A stretch of 54,363 bases of DNA from an uncultured Chroococcidiopsis sp. GTDB taxonomy: Bacteria > Cyanobacteriota > Cyanobacteriia > Cyanobacteriales > Chroococcidiopsidaceae. The stretch spans positions 1 to 54,363 of the forward strand of contig CAXTYC010000014.1 of assembly GCA_964248365.1 (NCBI GenBank). The letters are read 5' to 3'. Position 1 is the stretch's first letter, and the number at the start of each line of letters is the position of its first letter. A model generated the notes under the pieces. The model had not been told where the DNA came from. It ran no database searches and saw only the letters and a program-made list of their open reading frames with translations. A program made the translations under genes and the position numbers. Shown here piece by piece: positions 23,108 to 33,706 of the stretch.

Positions 23108-24304
23108 TCACACACCCTTGAGAGCAAAAATCCTCTCTACTACATCCGCCACAACTTTATCAGGTGTAGAGGCTCCAGAGGTAATCCCTACCGTAATTTT
23201 ACCTTCTGGCAACCAATTTTCTGTCACTTGTAAATTACCATCGAGCTGGCGATGTTCTACCCGATTTCCTGAACCAATTCGAGCAGCACTGTCAATATGA
23301 TAGGAAGGAATACGTCGTTCAACCGCGATTTCTTGTAAGTGGGTAGTATTGGAAGAATTGAAGCCACCAATTACCACCATTAGATCCAGCTTTTCCTCTA
23401 CTAGTTGGAACATTGCATCTTGGCGTTCTTGGGTAGCGTCGCAGATGGTATTAAAGCTTTGGAAATGCTGATTTAAGTTTTCGGGACCATACTTTCGCAT
23501 CATTGTACGCTCAAACAGCTTGCCAATCTGCTCGGTTTCACTCTTGAGCATGGTAGTTTGGTTAGCAATGCCAATCTGTTCTAAGTCTCGATCAGGATCA
23601 AATCCAGCCGAACAAGCACGACTAAATTTTGCCATGAATTCGTTGCGCTCGCCGCCATTGAGTATATAATTTGCAACATACTCCGCCTGTGCCATATTCA
23701 GCACTACCAGATATTTACCAGCAAAAGAACTTGTAGCGATCGTTTCTTCGTGGTTATACTTGCCGTGAATAATTGAGGTATATTCGCCTTTTTTGTGCTT
23801 TTCTACAGTATTCCAGACTTTAGACACCCAAGGGCAAGTTGTGTCTACAATCGTACACCCTTTATCTTTGAGTAGCTGCATTTCCTGCACACTAGCACCA
23901 AAGGCGGGTAAAATTACCACATCCCCAGATTCGACAACCGAAAAGTCTTTTTTACCAGCATCAACAGAGATAAAACCGACTTCCATCTCTTGTAAACGCT
24001 GGTTTACAGAGGGGTTGTGAATAATTTCATTGGTGATCCAGATTTGTTGGGTGGGGAAATGCTGTCGAGTTTCATAAGCCATTGCTACGGCTCTTTCTAC
24101 TCCCCAGCAAAAGCCAAAAGCCTGTGCTAGACGAATAGTAACATTACCCGATTGCAGCGTGTAGTTGTTGTCTCGGATTTGCTGAACGAGGTTACTTTGA
24201 TACTCCGACTGCAACATATTAGAGATTTCGGCTTCTCGACCAAATCCCTTACGATGGTAGTTGTCCGAATGTTGAAGCGATCGCTTAAAAGCTTTTGTAT
24301 CCAT
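23108..24304 (-). CDS. ispH: 4-hydroxy-3-methylbut-2-enyl diphosphate reductase
   Basis: [43 protein letters not shown]. Confidence 0.97.
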   Translation of the reverse strand: MDTKAFKRSLQHSDNYHRKGFGREAEISNMLQSEYQSNLVQQIRDNNYTLQSGNVTIRLAQAFGFCWGVERAVAMAYETRQHFPTQQIWITNEIIHNPSVNQRLQEMEVGFISVDAGKKDFSVVESGDVVILPAFGASVQEMQLLKDKGCTIVDTTCPWVSKVWNTVEKHKKGEYTSIIHGKYNHEETIATSSFAGKYLVVLNMAQAEYVANYILNGGERNEFMAKFSRACSAGFDPDRDLEQIGIANQTTMLKSETEQIGKLFERTMMRKYGPENLNQHFQSFNTICDATQERQDAMFQLVEEKLDLMVVIGGFNSSNTTHLQEIAVERRIPSYHIDSAARIGSGNRVEHRQLDGNLQVTENWLPEGKITVGITSGASTPDKVVADVVERIFALKGV

Positions 24305-24998
24305 GGCAGCCGTTCCCTTGTGTGTTCGCGTCTCTTTGGTAGATCATAGAATGCCTGGACGCTCTGTGTGAAACCTTGCTGCTCGTGTGTTTATTGTTGG
24401 GTGCGATCGTATATTAGCTGTCAATAGTTGATTTTAACACCTTTTAAATTATTTTGAATTTATTTTGAATTACAAAAAACAAAACCAAGACGGGTGTAAA
24501 ATCCAACTTTACCACTAGCAGCTGTTAGATATAGCCTCTTCCAGGCTGAGCCAGGAAACTAGGAGCATACAAAAAATTATAATTATTCTTTACTCCAAAT
24601 ACGTCTGTTAAGGTTTAATTCTTCCACCACTCCAATCATTAGCTGTAGGATTTCAAAATATTCTTGAATTGGAGCAAAGCTCAATATAGTTTTGAACAAC
24701 CAAGGCTCAAATAAATCTTCTGCATACAAAGGCAGCAATAAAGACACATAGTAATTCGTAATTCGTAATTCGTAATTAATCATTCTCCCCTGGAGTCCCT
24801 CTGCCCCCCTACTCTCTACTCCCTACTCCCTACTCTCTGCTATAGGTGGGCATGGGTGGCTACTCGAATTAATTTATTTTTAAAGTAAAAAAAGTTTTCG
24901 CAGAAAAGTAATCTTGCAAGTTAATCAATTTAGTAGCAAGACTAGCTTTTTTGGAAAACTTAAATTCTTAACTTCTTTCTACGCGGTAAACCAATAAG

Positions 24999-25031
24999 AA
25001 ATTGCCTGAGTTACAAGAACTCAGGCGATTT
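24999..25031 (-). terminator. Probable amt terminator hairpin
   Basis: AAATTGCCTGAGTT/AACTCAGGCGATTT stem followed by TTTCTTATT on the minus strand. Confidence 0.6.
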
Positions 25032-25169
25032 ATAACCTGGTCCACTTATTAAGGCTACTGCACGTTAATTTAGATTAGGAACAGTAAATTCCCCTAAAAG
25101 TGAATTGGGAAGTTAAAACAACATCAGTGGAAATAGGGTGTTAAAAAATTCGCGCCCCTGCGCCCCTGG

Positions 25170-26624
25170 TTACTCGCCAGGAACAGTTAGGCGTTCTCCT
25201 CCAAACTCCTCGTTATAACCTTCTTCACCGTGTTCGTTAATATCCATACCTTGGATTTCGGCATCTGGCTTGAGCCGCAAACCAACGGTAGCTTCTAGGA
25301 TCTTCATTAAGATAAATGTACCAACCGCAGCGACGATATAGGCAACGATCACTGCTATTATTTGGGTGACAACTTGGGATGGATTTCCCCGCAGCAAACC
25401 ATCTTTACCTGCTGCATTGACTTCGGTTGTCGCAAAGACTCCTGTGAGGATAGCACCCACTGTTCCCCCAACACCATGTACAGGGAAGGTATCTAAGGAG
25501 TCATCAAACTGTAATTTCGCCTTCAAAGTAACTGCGTAGAAGCAGGCAAAGGCAGTAATGCTACCAATTAAGATCGCGGCTAGGGGTGTGACAAATCCTG
25601 CTGCTGGTGTGATTCCCACCAAACCAGCCACAGCACCCGTAGCAGCACCAACTGCGGTTGGTTTACCCCGCAACACTTTTTCTAAAATCAGCCAGGTTAG
25701 CGCTGCTGCGGCTGCACCTGTATTGGTAGCAACAAATGCCACTGTTGCCAAGCTACCAGAAGCCAAGGCACTACCAGCGTTAAATCCGAACCAGCCAAAC
25801 CACAGCAAACCTGCACCCAGTAAGATAAAAGGTACGTTGTGGGGTGGGGCTAAGCGATCGGGATAGGTTTTGCGAGGTCCTAAAATGTATGCTGCTACTA
25901 AGGCGGAAACACCAGAACTAATATGTACGACTGTGCCACCTGCAAAGTCAAGCGCGCCAAGTCCACCTGCTAAGCCTAAGAAGCCGCCCTTAGCCCATAC
26001 CATATGTGCCAGTGGTGAATAAATTAAAGTTGACCACAGCAACACAAACAAGGAGTAGGCAGTAAAGCTAATTCGTTCGACAATTGCCCCTGAAATCAAA
26101 GCGGGGGTGATGATGGCAAACATGGCTTGATAGATCATGAATGCCTGATGGGGAATTGTCGGGGCATAGCTAGTTAGAACTTTGTCATTTGCCAGTCCAG
26201 TTTCATAAGCCAGACGAGGCAGATAGTTAGCTGTATCTGCTGGACTTACGCCATTCAAACCAAACCACTGCAAGCCACCAATAAACGGTAAGCCTGGTGC
26301 AAAGGCGAGACTATAGCCCCAAAGTATCCAGGTGACTCCGACGATCGCCATCAGCACAAAGCTCATCATCAGCGTATTGAGGATGTTGCGCGATCGCACA
26401 AATCCCCCATAGAAAAACGCTAGCCCTGGTGTCATCAGCAGTACCAACGCTGCTGCCATTAGCATAAATGCTGTATCTGCTGATGTTTGAGCATTAGTAA
26501 TCGCTGCATTTGCATCAGCGGGGGCGGCGATCGCCTGTCCCATTAGGGGAATCAGCAGCCCTAGAGCGATCGCACTCGTGATCAAAATTTTCTTTAACAC
26601 TTGTTTTGTTTCCTCTAACATCAA
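25170..26624 (-). CDS. amt: Ammonium transporter
   Basis: MTPGLAFFYGG, FAIIT, DFAGGTVVH, WFGWFGFN, FDDSLDTFPVH, EHGEEGY; TTG start uncertain. Confidence 0.96.
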   Translation of the reverse strand: MMLEETKQVLKKILITSAIALGLLIPLMGQAIAAPADANAAITNAQTSADTAFMLMAAALVLLMTPGLAFFYGGFVRSRNILNTLMMSFVLMAIVGVTWILWGYSLAFAPGLPFIGGLQWFGLNGVSPADTANYLPRLAYETGLANDKVLTSYAPTIPHQAFMIYQAMFAIITPALISGAIVERISFTAYSLFVLLWSTLIYSPLAHMVWAKGGFLGLAGGLGALDFAGGTVVHISSGVSALVAAYILGPRKTYPDRLAPPHNVPFILLGAGLLWFGWFGFNAGSALASGSLATVAFVATNTGAAAAALTWLILEKVLRGKPTAVGAATGAVAGLVGITPAAGFVTPLAAILIGSITAFACFYAVTLKAKLQFDDSLDTFPVHGVGGTVGAILTGVFATTEVNAAGKDGLLRGNPSQVVTQIIAVIVAYIVAAVGTFILMKILEATVGLRLKPDAEIQGMDINEHGEEGYNEEFGGERLTVPGE

Positions 26625-26676
26625 ACCATTAGTCGTTAGGTGAATCTCATTGCATCAATATCAAAAACAGGAATTC

Positions 26677-26692
26677 TGTATTAGGAAATACA
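26677..26692 (-). promoter_or_regulatory. NtcA binding site upstream of amt
   Basis: TGTA-TTAGGAAA-TACA, a perfect GTA-N8-TAC, about 50 bp upstream of amt. Confidence 0.8.
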
Positions 26693-27094
26693 TTTTACTC
26701 CTGGCTATCTCATTTCAACTGCCAGTTAAGAAATTGAAAGAAGAAATGGGGCAGGTTTCCTCTACTCAACTAGCGCTCCAGACAAATTTAAAAATAGCTC
26801 AGTCCAAATTGTAATGATTACAAGTGAGCAGCAGTTTGGCTTGCTGATGCCCCCTCTAAAACAGCAAGGCAAACTCTTTTGCATCTGTTTTTTAAACAAA
26901 TCCATAGTGATGTTTTATTGATCGTTAGGCTAATTACCTGATAATTCTGAGTTGCTCATAGCTGTTGGGTTAATGTACAAAAAATCTGCCTATGGTAATA
27001 TAACAGCACTCAAGTTACCAACTGCGCCGAGGAAAGCTTTGATTGATTATGCCGTCTTAGAAAGATGATTTTGTATTTTTTTCCGATTTAATTC

Positions 27095-27110
27095 TGTATA
27101 ATAAGTAACA
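27095..27110 (-). promoter_or_regulatory. Second, distal NtcA-like site
   Basis: TGTA-TAATAAGT-AACA (GT-N10-AC); CAAAAT lies 22 nt downstream on the minus strand. Confidence 0.5.
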
Positions 27111-27304
27111 TTTAATTAAATTTTACCAAACAACAGGACTAAATCAAGAGCGATTAAGCCAACGTACACTGATAATCGTAGAAAACGCAAACTGACTGCC
27201 ATGATAGAAAAATCAGGCTTATTGCCCTGCTTTGGCGCTAAAAATCTGCCCTATGTGGCTATAAGTAATTGGCAGCTCGGTTTGAAAATAGGTAGTATAT
27301 TTTA

Positions 27305-27823
27305 CTACGGTTGATTTAAGTAATTTTGAGTACCCAATTGTTCTAACTTTGCCTGTTTATCAATCACAGATTGTGCTAAATTTTGGCGATACTGTTGCAC
27401 ACGTTCTAACAATTGTGGTTGGTGAGTAGCGAGGATTTGCACGGCAAGTAAGCCAGCGTTTTTGGCATTACCGATCGCCACAGTAGCAACAGGAATACCA
27501 GCAGGCATCTGTACAATCGAATAAAGAGAATCCAACCCTTGTAAGTGACGACTAGGTACAGGAACACCGATTACAGGTAGAGGTGTCAGGGAAGCAACCA
27601 TACCAGGTAAATGGGCAGCACCGCCAGCACCAGCGATAATCACCTTGATGCCGCGTTGGTGGGCAGACTTGGCATATTCCACCATGCGTTCGGGAGTACG
27701 GTGGGCGCTAACGATCGCTACTTCAGTTTCTATACCAAATTCTGCACAAACAGCGATCGCATCAGTCATGGTAGGCAGATCAGAATCACTGCCCATGATA
27801 ATACCAATTAGCAGGTGAGTCAT
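27305..27823 (-). CDS. purE: N5-CAIR mutase
   Basis: [33 protein letters not shown]. Start placed at 27823 because the upstream extension is STRR-derived. Confidence 0.97.
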   Translation of the reverse strand: MTHLLIGIIMGSDSDLPTMTDAIAVCAEFGIETEVAIVSAHRTPERMVEYAKSAHQRGIKVIIAGAGGAAHLPGMVASLTPLPVIGVPVPSRHLQGLDSLYSIVQMPAGIPVATVAIGNAKNAGLLAVQILATHQPQLLERVQQYRQNLAQSVIDKQAKLEQLGTQNYLNQP

Positions 27824-27912
27824 AGGAGGGGCGAGGGGTGAGGGGCTAGGGGCTAGAATGAGCAACAGGGAGATCAGAAAGATCAGGACAATTACGAATT
27901 ATGAATTATTGA

Positions 27913-29097
27913 ATGATGGGTAAATCAATTAGTGTCCCAGTGGATATTATTAATGCTCGTGTGCCTGGTTATGCAGGTTTGCAGCGAATTTGTATTGATT
28001 CACAAGGTAGAATTAACTGGATTCTACCAACAATGGCAATATTTAAACGTGTTCCACCCCCAGATTTACAAGTTTTGGATGTAGCAGGAGATTGGATTTC
28101 CTTGGGTGGAGTTGATCTACAGATTAATGGGGCGCTGGGTTTAGCATTTACAGATTTACAATCCCTAGATGTTGTTAAGTTACAAGAAATATGTGAATTA
28201 TTATGGCAACAGGGAGTAGATGCATTTTTACCGACGTTGGTGACAACTAGGATTGAGAACATTGAGACTTCGCTATCGGTAATTGCCCACTTTGTGCAGA
28301 AGCAAACATCATTCCCCCAACCAACCGCCTCTGTTTTGGGAGTGCATTTAGAAGGACCATTTTTGAATCCGCAAAAGCGCGGCGCACATCCTGCCGAGTA
28401 TATATCACCACTCACAATCGAGCAAATTAAACGAGTTTTAGGCGACTACGCCGAGCTAGTAAAAGTAATTACCCTAGCACCAGAGTTAGATACAACACAA
28501 CAAGCAATTCCCTACCTACGTTCTCTTGGCATCACAGTTAGTCTAGGTCATACACTCGCCACAGCGAACCAGGCAGAACGTGCCTTTAAAGAGGGCGCAA
28601 CAATGGTAACTCATGCCTTCAATGCCATGCCTGGATTACATCACCGAGAACCAGGACCCTTAGGAGCTGCCCTTGTTCATTCTGATGTCAAATGTGGATT
28701 AATTGCCGATGGTCAGCACATTTGTCCTACAATGGTTCAACTGCTATTAAGAGCCGCCTGTTATGACCAAGGACTATTTTTAGTCAGCGATGCCTTAGCA
28801 CCACTGGGACTACCAGATGGTTTTTATCCTTGGGACACTAGACAAATTGAAGTGAAAAATGGTACAGCACGACTACCCGACGGGACATTAGCTGGAACCA
28901 CATTACCCTTATTAGTTGGAGTACAGAACTTAGTATATTGGGGATGTGAAGTAGAAAAAGCGATCGCCCTAGCAACTATAGCACCCCGACAAGCACTCAA
29001 TCTATCAGCAGAACTTCTTAGCACTTGCTCTACCCAACTATTACGCTGGCATTTAGACGAAACTACTAAAAAGTTGACTTGGCACAGATTAACTTAG
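27913..29097 (+). CDS. nagA: N-acetylglucosamine-6-phosphate deacetylase
   Basis: DLQING, HLEGPFLN, GAH, TLAPE, THAFNAM, IADG.H, VSDA, LAGT. Confidence 0.94.
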   Translation: MMGKSISVPVDIINARVPGYAGLQRICIDSQGRINWILPTMAIFKRVPPPDLQVLDVAGDWISLGGVDLQINGALGLAFTDLQSLDVVKLQEICELLWQQGVDAFLPTLVTTRIENIETSLSVIAHFVQKQTSFPQPTASVLGVHLEGPFLNPQKRGAHPAEYISPLTIEQIKRVLGDYAELVKVITLAPELDTTQQAIPYLRSLGITVSLGHTLATANQAERAFKEGATMVTHAFNAMPGLHHREPGPLGAALVHSDVKCGLIADGQHICPTMVQLLLRAACYDQGLFLVSDALAPLGLPDGFYPWDTRQIEVKNGTARLPDGTLAGTTLPLLVGVQNLVYWGCEVEKAIALATIAPRQALNLSAELLSTCSTQLLRWHLDETTKKLTWHRLT

Positions 29098-29346
29098 TAA
29101 AAGCGCGTGGAACCAGTGGAACTAGTGGAACCAGAAAAAAGGGTAAAGAGGTATTGCGGTAAAGGGTAAGGGTAAAGAGGTATTGCGGAAACAATTATCA
29201 ATGAACAATGAACAATTATCAATGAATGCGGTTGGCTTCTTACGGGCTTTTACCTACTTATTTCTACTAATCTCTTTTTTATTTGCTTATTTTTACTGAA
29301 GACTTACTTATGGCTGATAGCTAAAGTTAACTGTAAACAATTTAAG

Positions 29347-29429
29347 AATTGAGCGGCTCACCAATACGCTCAATTAAAGTGCTGTGGGCGTTCGGATAGA
29401 AATTTCTAACAAAGAACCCACACTCTTTT
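29347..29429 (+). promoter_or_regulatory. Two-hairpin structured leader upstream of the MHYT gene
   Basis: AATTGAGCG/CGCTCAATT stem, then TGTGG(GC)GTTC/GAACCCACA enclosing TAGAAATTTCTA, then CTCTTTT. Confidence 0.4.
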
Positions 29430-29467
29430 GTAGATTCGCAACATCAAAAGATGGAGTTTAAACAATT

Positions 29468-30208
29468 ATGGCTGTCACCTATAATTTTTACCTTGTGGTA
29501 CTTTCAGCTTTGATTGCTATGCTTGCTTCTTACGTTACGCTTGAGATTGCTGGTCAGGTAGGAGCAGCACAAGGCTTTGAGCGCAAGTTCTGGCTAACAG
29601 TGGGTGCAATTGACATGGGGGTAGGCATCTGGTCAATGCACTTCATCGCAATGCTAGCCTTCTCGATACCAATATACATTCACTACAATTTGCTAATAGT
29701 GCTGGTTTCACTGCTAGCAGCAGTTTTAGCATCTGGACAGGCATTGTTCATCGTTAGCCGCCCGATTATTAATCTTCCTACTTTGCTAATTGGTAGCACC
29801 TGTATGGGTATTGCTATTGCGGGAATGCACTACATTGGCATGGCAGCAATGGAAATGCGGGCAGATATTAATTATAATCCTAACCTATTTGCGCTTTCTA
29901 TAGCAATTGCGATTGTTGTGTCGCTAGTAGCTCTAAAGCTTTCGTTTAAATTTCGTAACACCACTGGATTTGAAGGCAAAGGGGGGAAGATAGTCAGTGC
30001 TATTATTATGGGTGCTGCTGTGCTTTCAATGCACTATACGGGAATGGCAGCAGCTATGTTCAAACCAGCTGATAATAAGGTGGTTGAAGTGTCTAGCATC
30101 GACTTGTCTACGATTGGTTATATAGTCAGCATAGTTACCTTTGTAATCTTGGGTTTAACCTTGATAATTGTGTATGCTAATTCTGAGCCTAGGGAGTTCC
30201 AGAAATAG
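29468..30208 (+). CDS. Stand-alone MHYT-domain membrane protein
   Basis: Three motifs (MHFI, MHYI, MHYT); about seven TM helices; no output domain. Confidence 0.9.
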   Translation: MAVTYNFYLVVLSALIAMLASYVTLEIAGQVGAAQGFERKFWLTVGAIDMGVGIWSMHFIAMLAFSIPIYIHYNLLIVLVSLLAAVLASGQALFIVSRPIINLPTLLIGSTCMGIAIAGMHYIGMAAMEMRADINYNPNLFALSIAIAIVVSLVALKLSFKFRNTTGFEGKGGKIVSAIIMGAAVLSMHYTGMAAAMFKPADNKVVEVSSIDLSTIGYIVSIVTFVILGLTLIIVYANSEPREFQK

Positions 30209-30351
30209 GCACTATGACACAACACACTTAACACAGGTGTAAATTAACCACTATCTTTAAGCCTGACATCAGAATTTGAGTTTTGAGATCGCGGATTCCA
30301 AATCCTCCACGAGGCGATCGCGTGGCTCTCTTCTACGCGGTTCGTAACAAT

Positions 30352-30508
30352 AGACCTCTTACAAAAGTGTCTTAGCGATCAAATATAATATTTGGGAAAA
30401 TCAGCATACTACTCTGAACAATTTTTAGCATTAGGAGATACATCTCTCTAGCAGGGAGAAATTAGTAAATGCTTAATTCTACTGCAAAATGACTTTTGCA
30501 AGCGGTCT
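30352..30508. mobile_element. MITE (~157 bp) with terminal inverted repeats and AAT target duplication
   Basis: AGACCTCTTACAAAAGT ... ACTTTTGCAAGCGGTCT (15/17 match); AAT on both flanks. Confidence 0.8.
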
Positions 30509-30551
30509 AATGGTAAATTTAACATTTGTGAAACAAAAATAATCCATTTTT

Positions 30552-31235
30552 ATGACCGCAACAGACGATAAAACAATTGTTCGAGAATACTTCAATTCCA
30601 CAGGCTTTGATCGCTGGCGGCGCATCTATGGAGATGGCGAAGTCAATAAAGTTCAGTTAGATATCCGCAATGGACACCAGCAGACAGTAGATACCGTTTT
30701 AGGCTGGCTAAAAGCAGACGGTAACTTGCAAGACTTATCAATCTGTGATGCTGGGTGTGGTGTAGGTAGTCTTAGTATTCCTCTAGCGCAAGCAGGTGCT
30801 AAAGTTCACGCTAGTGATATCTCCGATCAAATGGTCAAAGAAGCCCTCGACAGAGCAGCACAATTAGGTAATGATGTTCATCTTACCTTTGCTGTACAGG
30901 ACTTGGAGACATTAAGCGGTCGCTATCACACAGTTATTTGCCTAGATGTCTTAATCCATTATCCCCAAGAGCAGGCAGATAAGATGATTTCTCATTTGTG
31001 TTCGATGGCACACTCACGCCTAATTCTCAGCTTTGCACCAAAAACCTTTGCTTTTAGTTTACTTAAGAAAATCGGTAGTTTCTTTCCTGGAGCTAGTAAA
31101 GCAACCCGTGCTTATTTACACCGCGCCGATGATGTAATCAAGATTTTGGAAAGTAATGGTTTTTCCATCGAGCGACAGTCAATGACACAAACGCGCTTTT
31201 ACTTTTCACGTTTGATAGAAGCAACGAGGGAATAA
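30552..31235 (+). CDS. chlM: Mg-protoporphyrin IX methyltransferase
   Basis: YFNSTGFDRWRRIYG, DAGCGVG, CLDVLIHYP, KATRAY, FYFSRL. Confidence 0.96.
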   Translation: MTATDDKTIVREYFNSTGFDRWRRIYGDGEVNKVQLDIRNGHQQTVDTVLGWLKADGNLQDLSICDAGCGVGSLSIPLAQAGAKVHASDISDQMVKEALDRAAQLGNDVHLTFAVQDLETLSGRYHTVICLDVLIHYPQEQADKMISHLCSMAHSRLILSFAPKTFAFSLLKKIGSFFPGASKATRAYLHRADDVIKILESNGFSIERQSMTQTRFYFSRLIEATRE

Positions 31236-31314
31236 TTCGGAATTTAGAATTAAGTACGAATTATAGTAAGCAAAGGAGTGAGAATAGTTAAGTAGTTTAG
31301 AAGGGTGTAAATTG

Positions 31315-31692
31315 ATGAGTCAAATTTTTCTAGCGATCGCTGCTATCTTTGGCGCTTTATCTGTTGGTGCTGGTGCTTTTGCAACTCATGCTTTAAGAGA
31401 TAGATTAAGTGAAAGATCGCTAGAAATATTTGAAACTGCTGCTCGTTATCAAATGTATCATGCCCTAGCGCTTCTTTTGGTGGCTTTGTTACTCCTACAA
31501 GACAAAATCCCTCAGCCTACACTCAGCGTCGCTGGATGGGCTTTTATTATCGGTATATTGTTTTTTTCAGGTAGTTTATACGTCTTGAGTTTAAGTAATA
31601 TTAAAATATTGGGCGCGATCGCTCCAATCGGGGGAGCCGCTTTTATTGCTGGTTGGGCAGTTGTTGCGATCGCTGCTTTTAGTTTAAAGTAA
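31315..31692 (+). CDS. DUF423 family membrane protein
   Basis: GAFATH, FETAARYQMYH, FSGSLY, APIGG..GW. Confidence 0.9.
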   Translation: MSQIFLAIAAIFGALSVGAGAFATHALRDRLSERSLEIFETAARYQMYHALALLLVALLLLQDKIPQPTLSVAGWAFIIGILFFSGSLYVLSLSNIKILGAIAPIGGAAFIAGWAVVAIAAFSLK

Positions 31693-31946
31693 TACAATTT
31701 TACTAAGACAGTCTTCAAATTTATTGTTCTGTGGGCATCGGTAGCAAACGGTTGCTCTAATTATTTTATTTAAAGGATTGAAAATAAAAACATATACATT
31801 CATCTGTCTAAGGTTGAAATTTATTTATCTATCTTTAGCGGGGTTAAATCACAGCGATCGGCTTATTAAATCAGGTTAGAGGGGTTAAACACATTAACCT
31901 GACGCAAATATCAAAACGACCTGGACTTATTCAATCGGAGGGTTTA

Positions 31947-32405
31947 ATGACTTTCGCTACTGATGAGAATACAAAAAAATCCTTAGAAACCTTTAAAGGT
32001 TTTGATGTAGATACTCAGCTTGGTTTACTGTGGTTTGGTTATTTGGATCTCAAAGACAAACTGAACCCTGGAAACTCAGCTTCTGCACAAGATGCTGCTG
32101 GAGCGGTATACGATCAAATCAAGGCAATGTCTAAAGAAGAACAGTTGCAAGCTCAGCGCGACATTGTTAGTGGAGCAAATTCTGATATTAGTCATACCTA
32201 TAGCTCATTGAGTTCTAGTGGCAAACTAGACGTATGGTTGCGGCTATCACAAGGTATGGAAGAAGGTGTTATTATTCAAGTGCCGTCTGACTATCAACTG
32301 CCTTCGGAAACCAACGAGTTTGTAGAGCAAATCAAGCAACTTGATTTCGAGCAGCGGATTAATTTCATGCGTAGCTTAGTAATTGAAATGGGTGCTAAGT
32401 CATAA
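31947..32405 (+). CDS. Helical carotenoid protein (OCP N-terminal domain homolog)
   Basis: QLGLLW, EEQLQAQRD, KL..W.RL..GM, VPSDYQL, LDFEQRINFMR..V..MG. Confidence 0.85.
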   Translation: MTFATDENTKKSLETFKGFDVDTQLGLLWFGYLDLKDKLNPGNSASAQDAAGAVYDQIKAMSKEEQLQAQRDIVSGANSDISHTYSSLSSSGKLDVWLRLSQGMEEGVIIQVPSDYQLPSETNEFVEQIKQLDFEQRINFMRSLVIEMGAKS

Positions 32406-32415
32406 TCTTCTGTCT

Positions 32416-32440
32416 GTAGGGTGGGCAATGCCCGCCTTAC
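32416..32440. repeat. GTAG-type REP-like palindrome
   Basis: GTAGGGTGGGCAATGCCCGCCTTAC after the HCP stop. Confidence 0.7.
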
Positions 32441-32791
32441 TTAATAATACAAGCTAACCTCAACCTCACCAATAAATTATTTCCTCGCTTGATAAGAACG
32501 ATTTTTAGCTAGCTTGCTATTTTGATAAGCTTGCTCTAATTCACTCAGTAAGCGCTTATATTCTTGTCGGCAGAATTATTAAAATTCTAGCTCAGCATCT
32601 TCTAAAATAGATTTTTTCACTCCTGATAGTTTGCGCGGGACTAAATTTAAAATTAATGGTAATTTAAATTCTTCATTTAATTGTACTAGATTTGCTTCTA
32701 CTTTGCCTGTTTGCATTAGGTAGATACCAGTTAACAACACCCTATAGACATAAAGTAACGGTTTGATTCGGTGTGGATTTTCTTTAATCAA
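32440..32791 (-). pseudogene. C-terminal remnant of a predicted nucleotidyltransferase (YcgL/RlaP-like)
   Basis: KPLLYVYRVLLTGIYLMQTGKVEANL motif; after stops, EYKRLLSELEQAYQNS and NLLVRLRL; catalytic N-terminus absent. Confidence 0.7.
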
Positions 32792-33000
32792 TTAACAATT
32801 ATCCCATTGGCTAATTGTGAAGCAGAACAATTAATAATTAACAATGAGGAATTATCAACGAACAAAACCAGTAATTGATAATTGATAATTGAACTGCCAT
32901 GCTTACTGATGAAAGATAAATAATTAAATAAGTAGGTAGACATAATTAAATGTAAGATGCGCGTGGGCTGAAAATCTGGCAGTAAAAGTCCTTTTCCCTT

Positions 33001-33339
33001 CTACTTATAAAGACTTTCTGCTTTACAATAAATTTTTTTTGGTGTTTCACTGAAATATTTAAATAAAGCTGGGCATAGCCATCCTTCCAGATTTTTTTGC
33101 TGCCAACAATACCAGCTACCGCCGTGTTCTTCTTTTAGCCAAATTAGCTCTACTTGATATCCTGGAAAAGGAAGAGCAGAAAATAGTAATCTAAAACCTT
33201 CATCAACATTGAGAATATCTCTCGTTAGCAAATCAATCATTTCAGGTACACCACTAATAAATGGTTCCTTGCATAATCCGACTTGTTCATCATCAAATAC
33301 CCATGTTTGTTGGCATTTATAAGGAAAAATAACCATCAT
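33001..33339 (-). CDS. Conserved hypothetical protein (DUF6717-like)
   Basis: PY....WVFDD, EPF, LLFS..PFPGY, GWLCPALFKYF. Confidence 0.75.
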   Translation of the reverse strand: MMVIFPYKCQQTWVFDDEQVGLCKEPFISGVPEMIDLLTRDILNVDEGFRLLFSALPFPGYQVELIWLKEEHGGSWYCWQQKNLEGWLCPALFKYFSETPKKIYCKAESLYK

Positions 33340-33706
33340 TGCATTAGCCCTTGCCTTTACCCTGATAAAAGTAAATAAAATTGTATTTAACTTTGTAAAT
33401 CAGTTATATAAAAACCGTAACTATACTGTATATTATTGTATAAAATAACACTATTTTTTGGTAGCACTTAGAAAAAAAAGTACTTATTATTAGAGTCTAG
33501 TAGTCTAAATATAACCAGAAAAATATTAAGTTATATAAATTTTTGTTAAGGTAATTGGAGCTAAAGTTACTAATGTGAGAAATTCAATTGTCAATTAACG
33601 TGGGCAATTCGCAATTATTCTCTTCTTTTATTGCGATTCATCTGGTTTAATTGCAAACGGCTAAATAGTATTAGGATCAATTGGTAATGTAGGGAATATC
33701 TGCCGA

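Noticed and set aside
27824..27865. N-terminal extension of PurE ([11 protein letters not shown])
   Set aside because: Translation of CCCCTAG/CCCCTCG repeats; the conserved protein starts at 27823.
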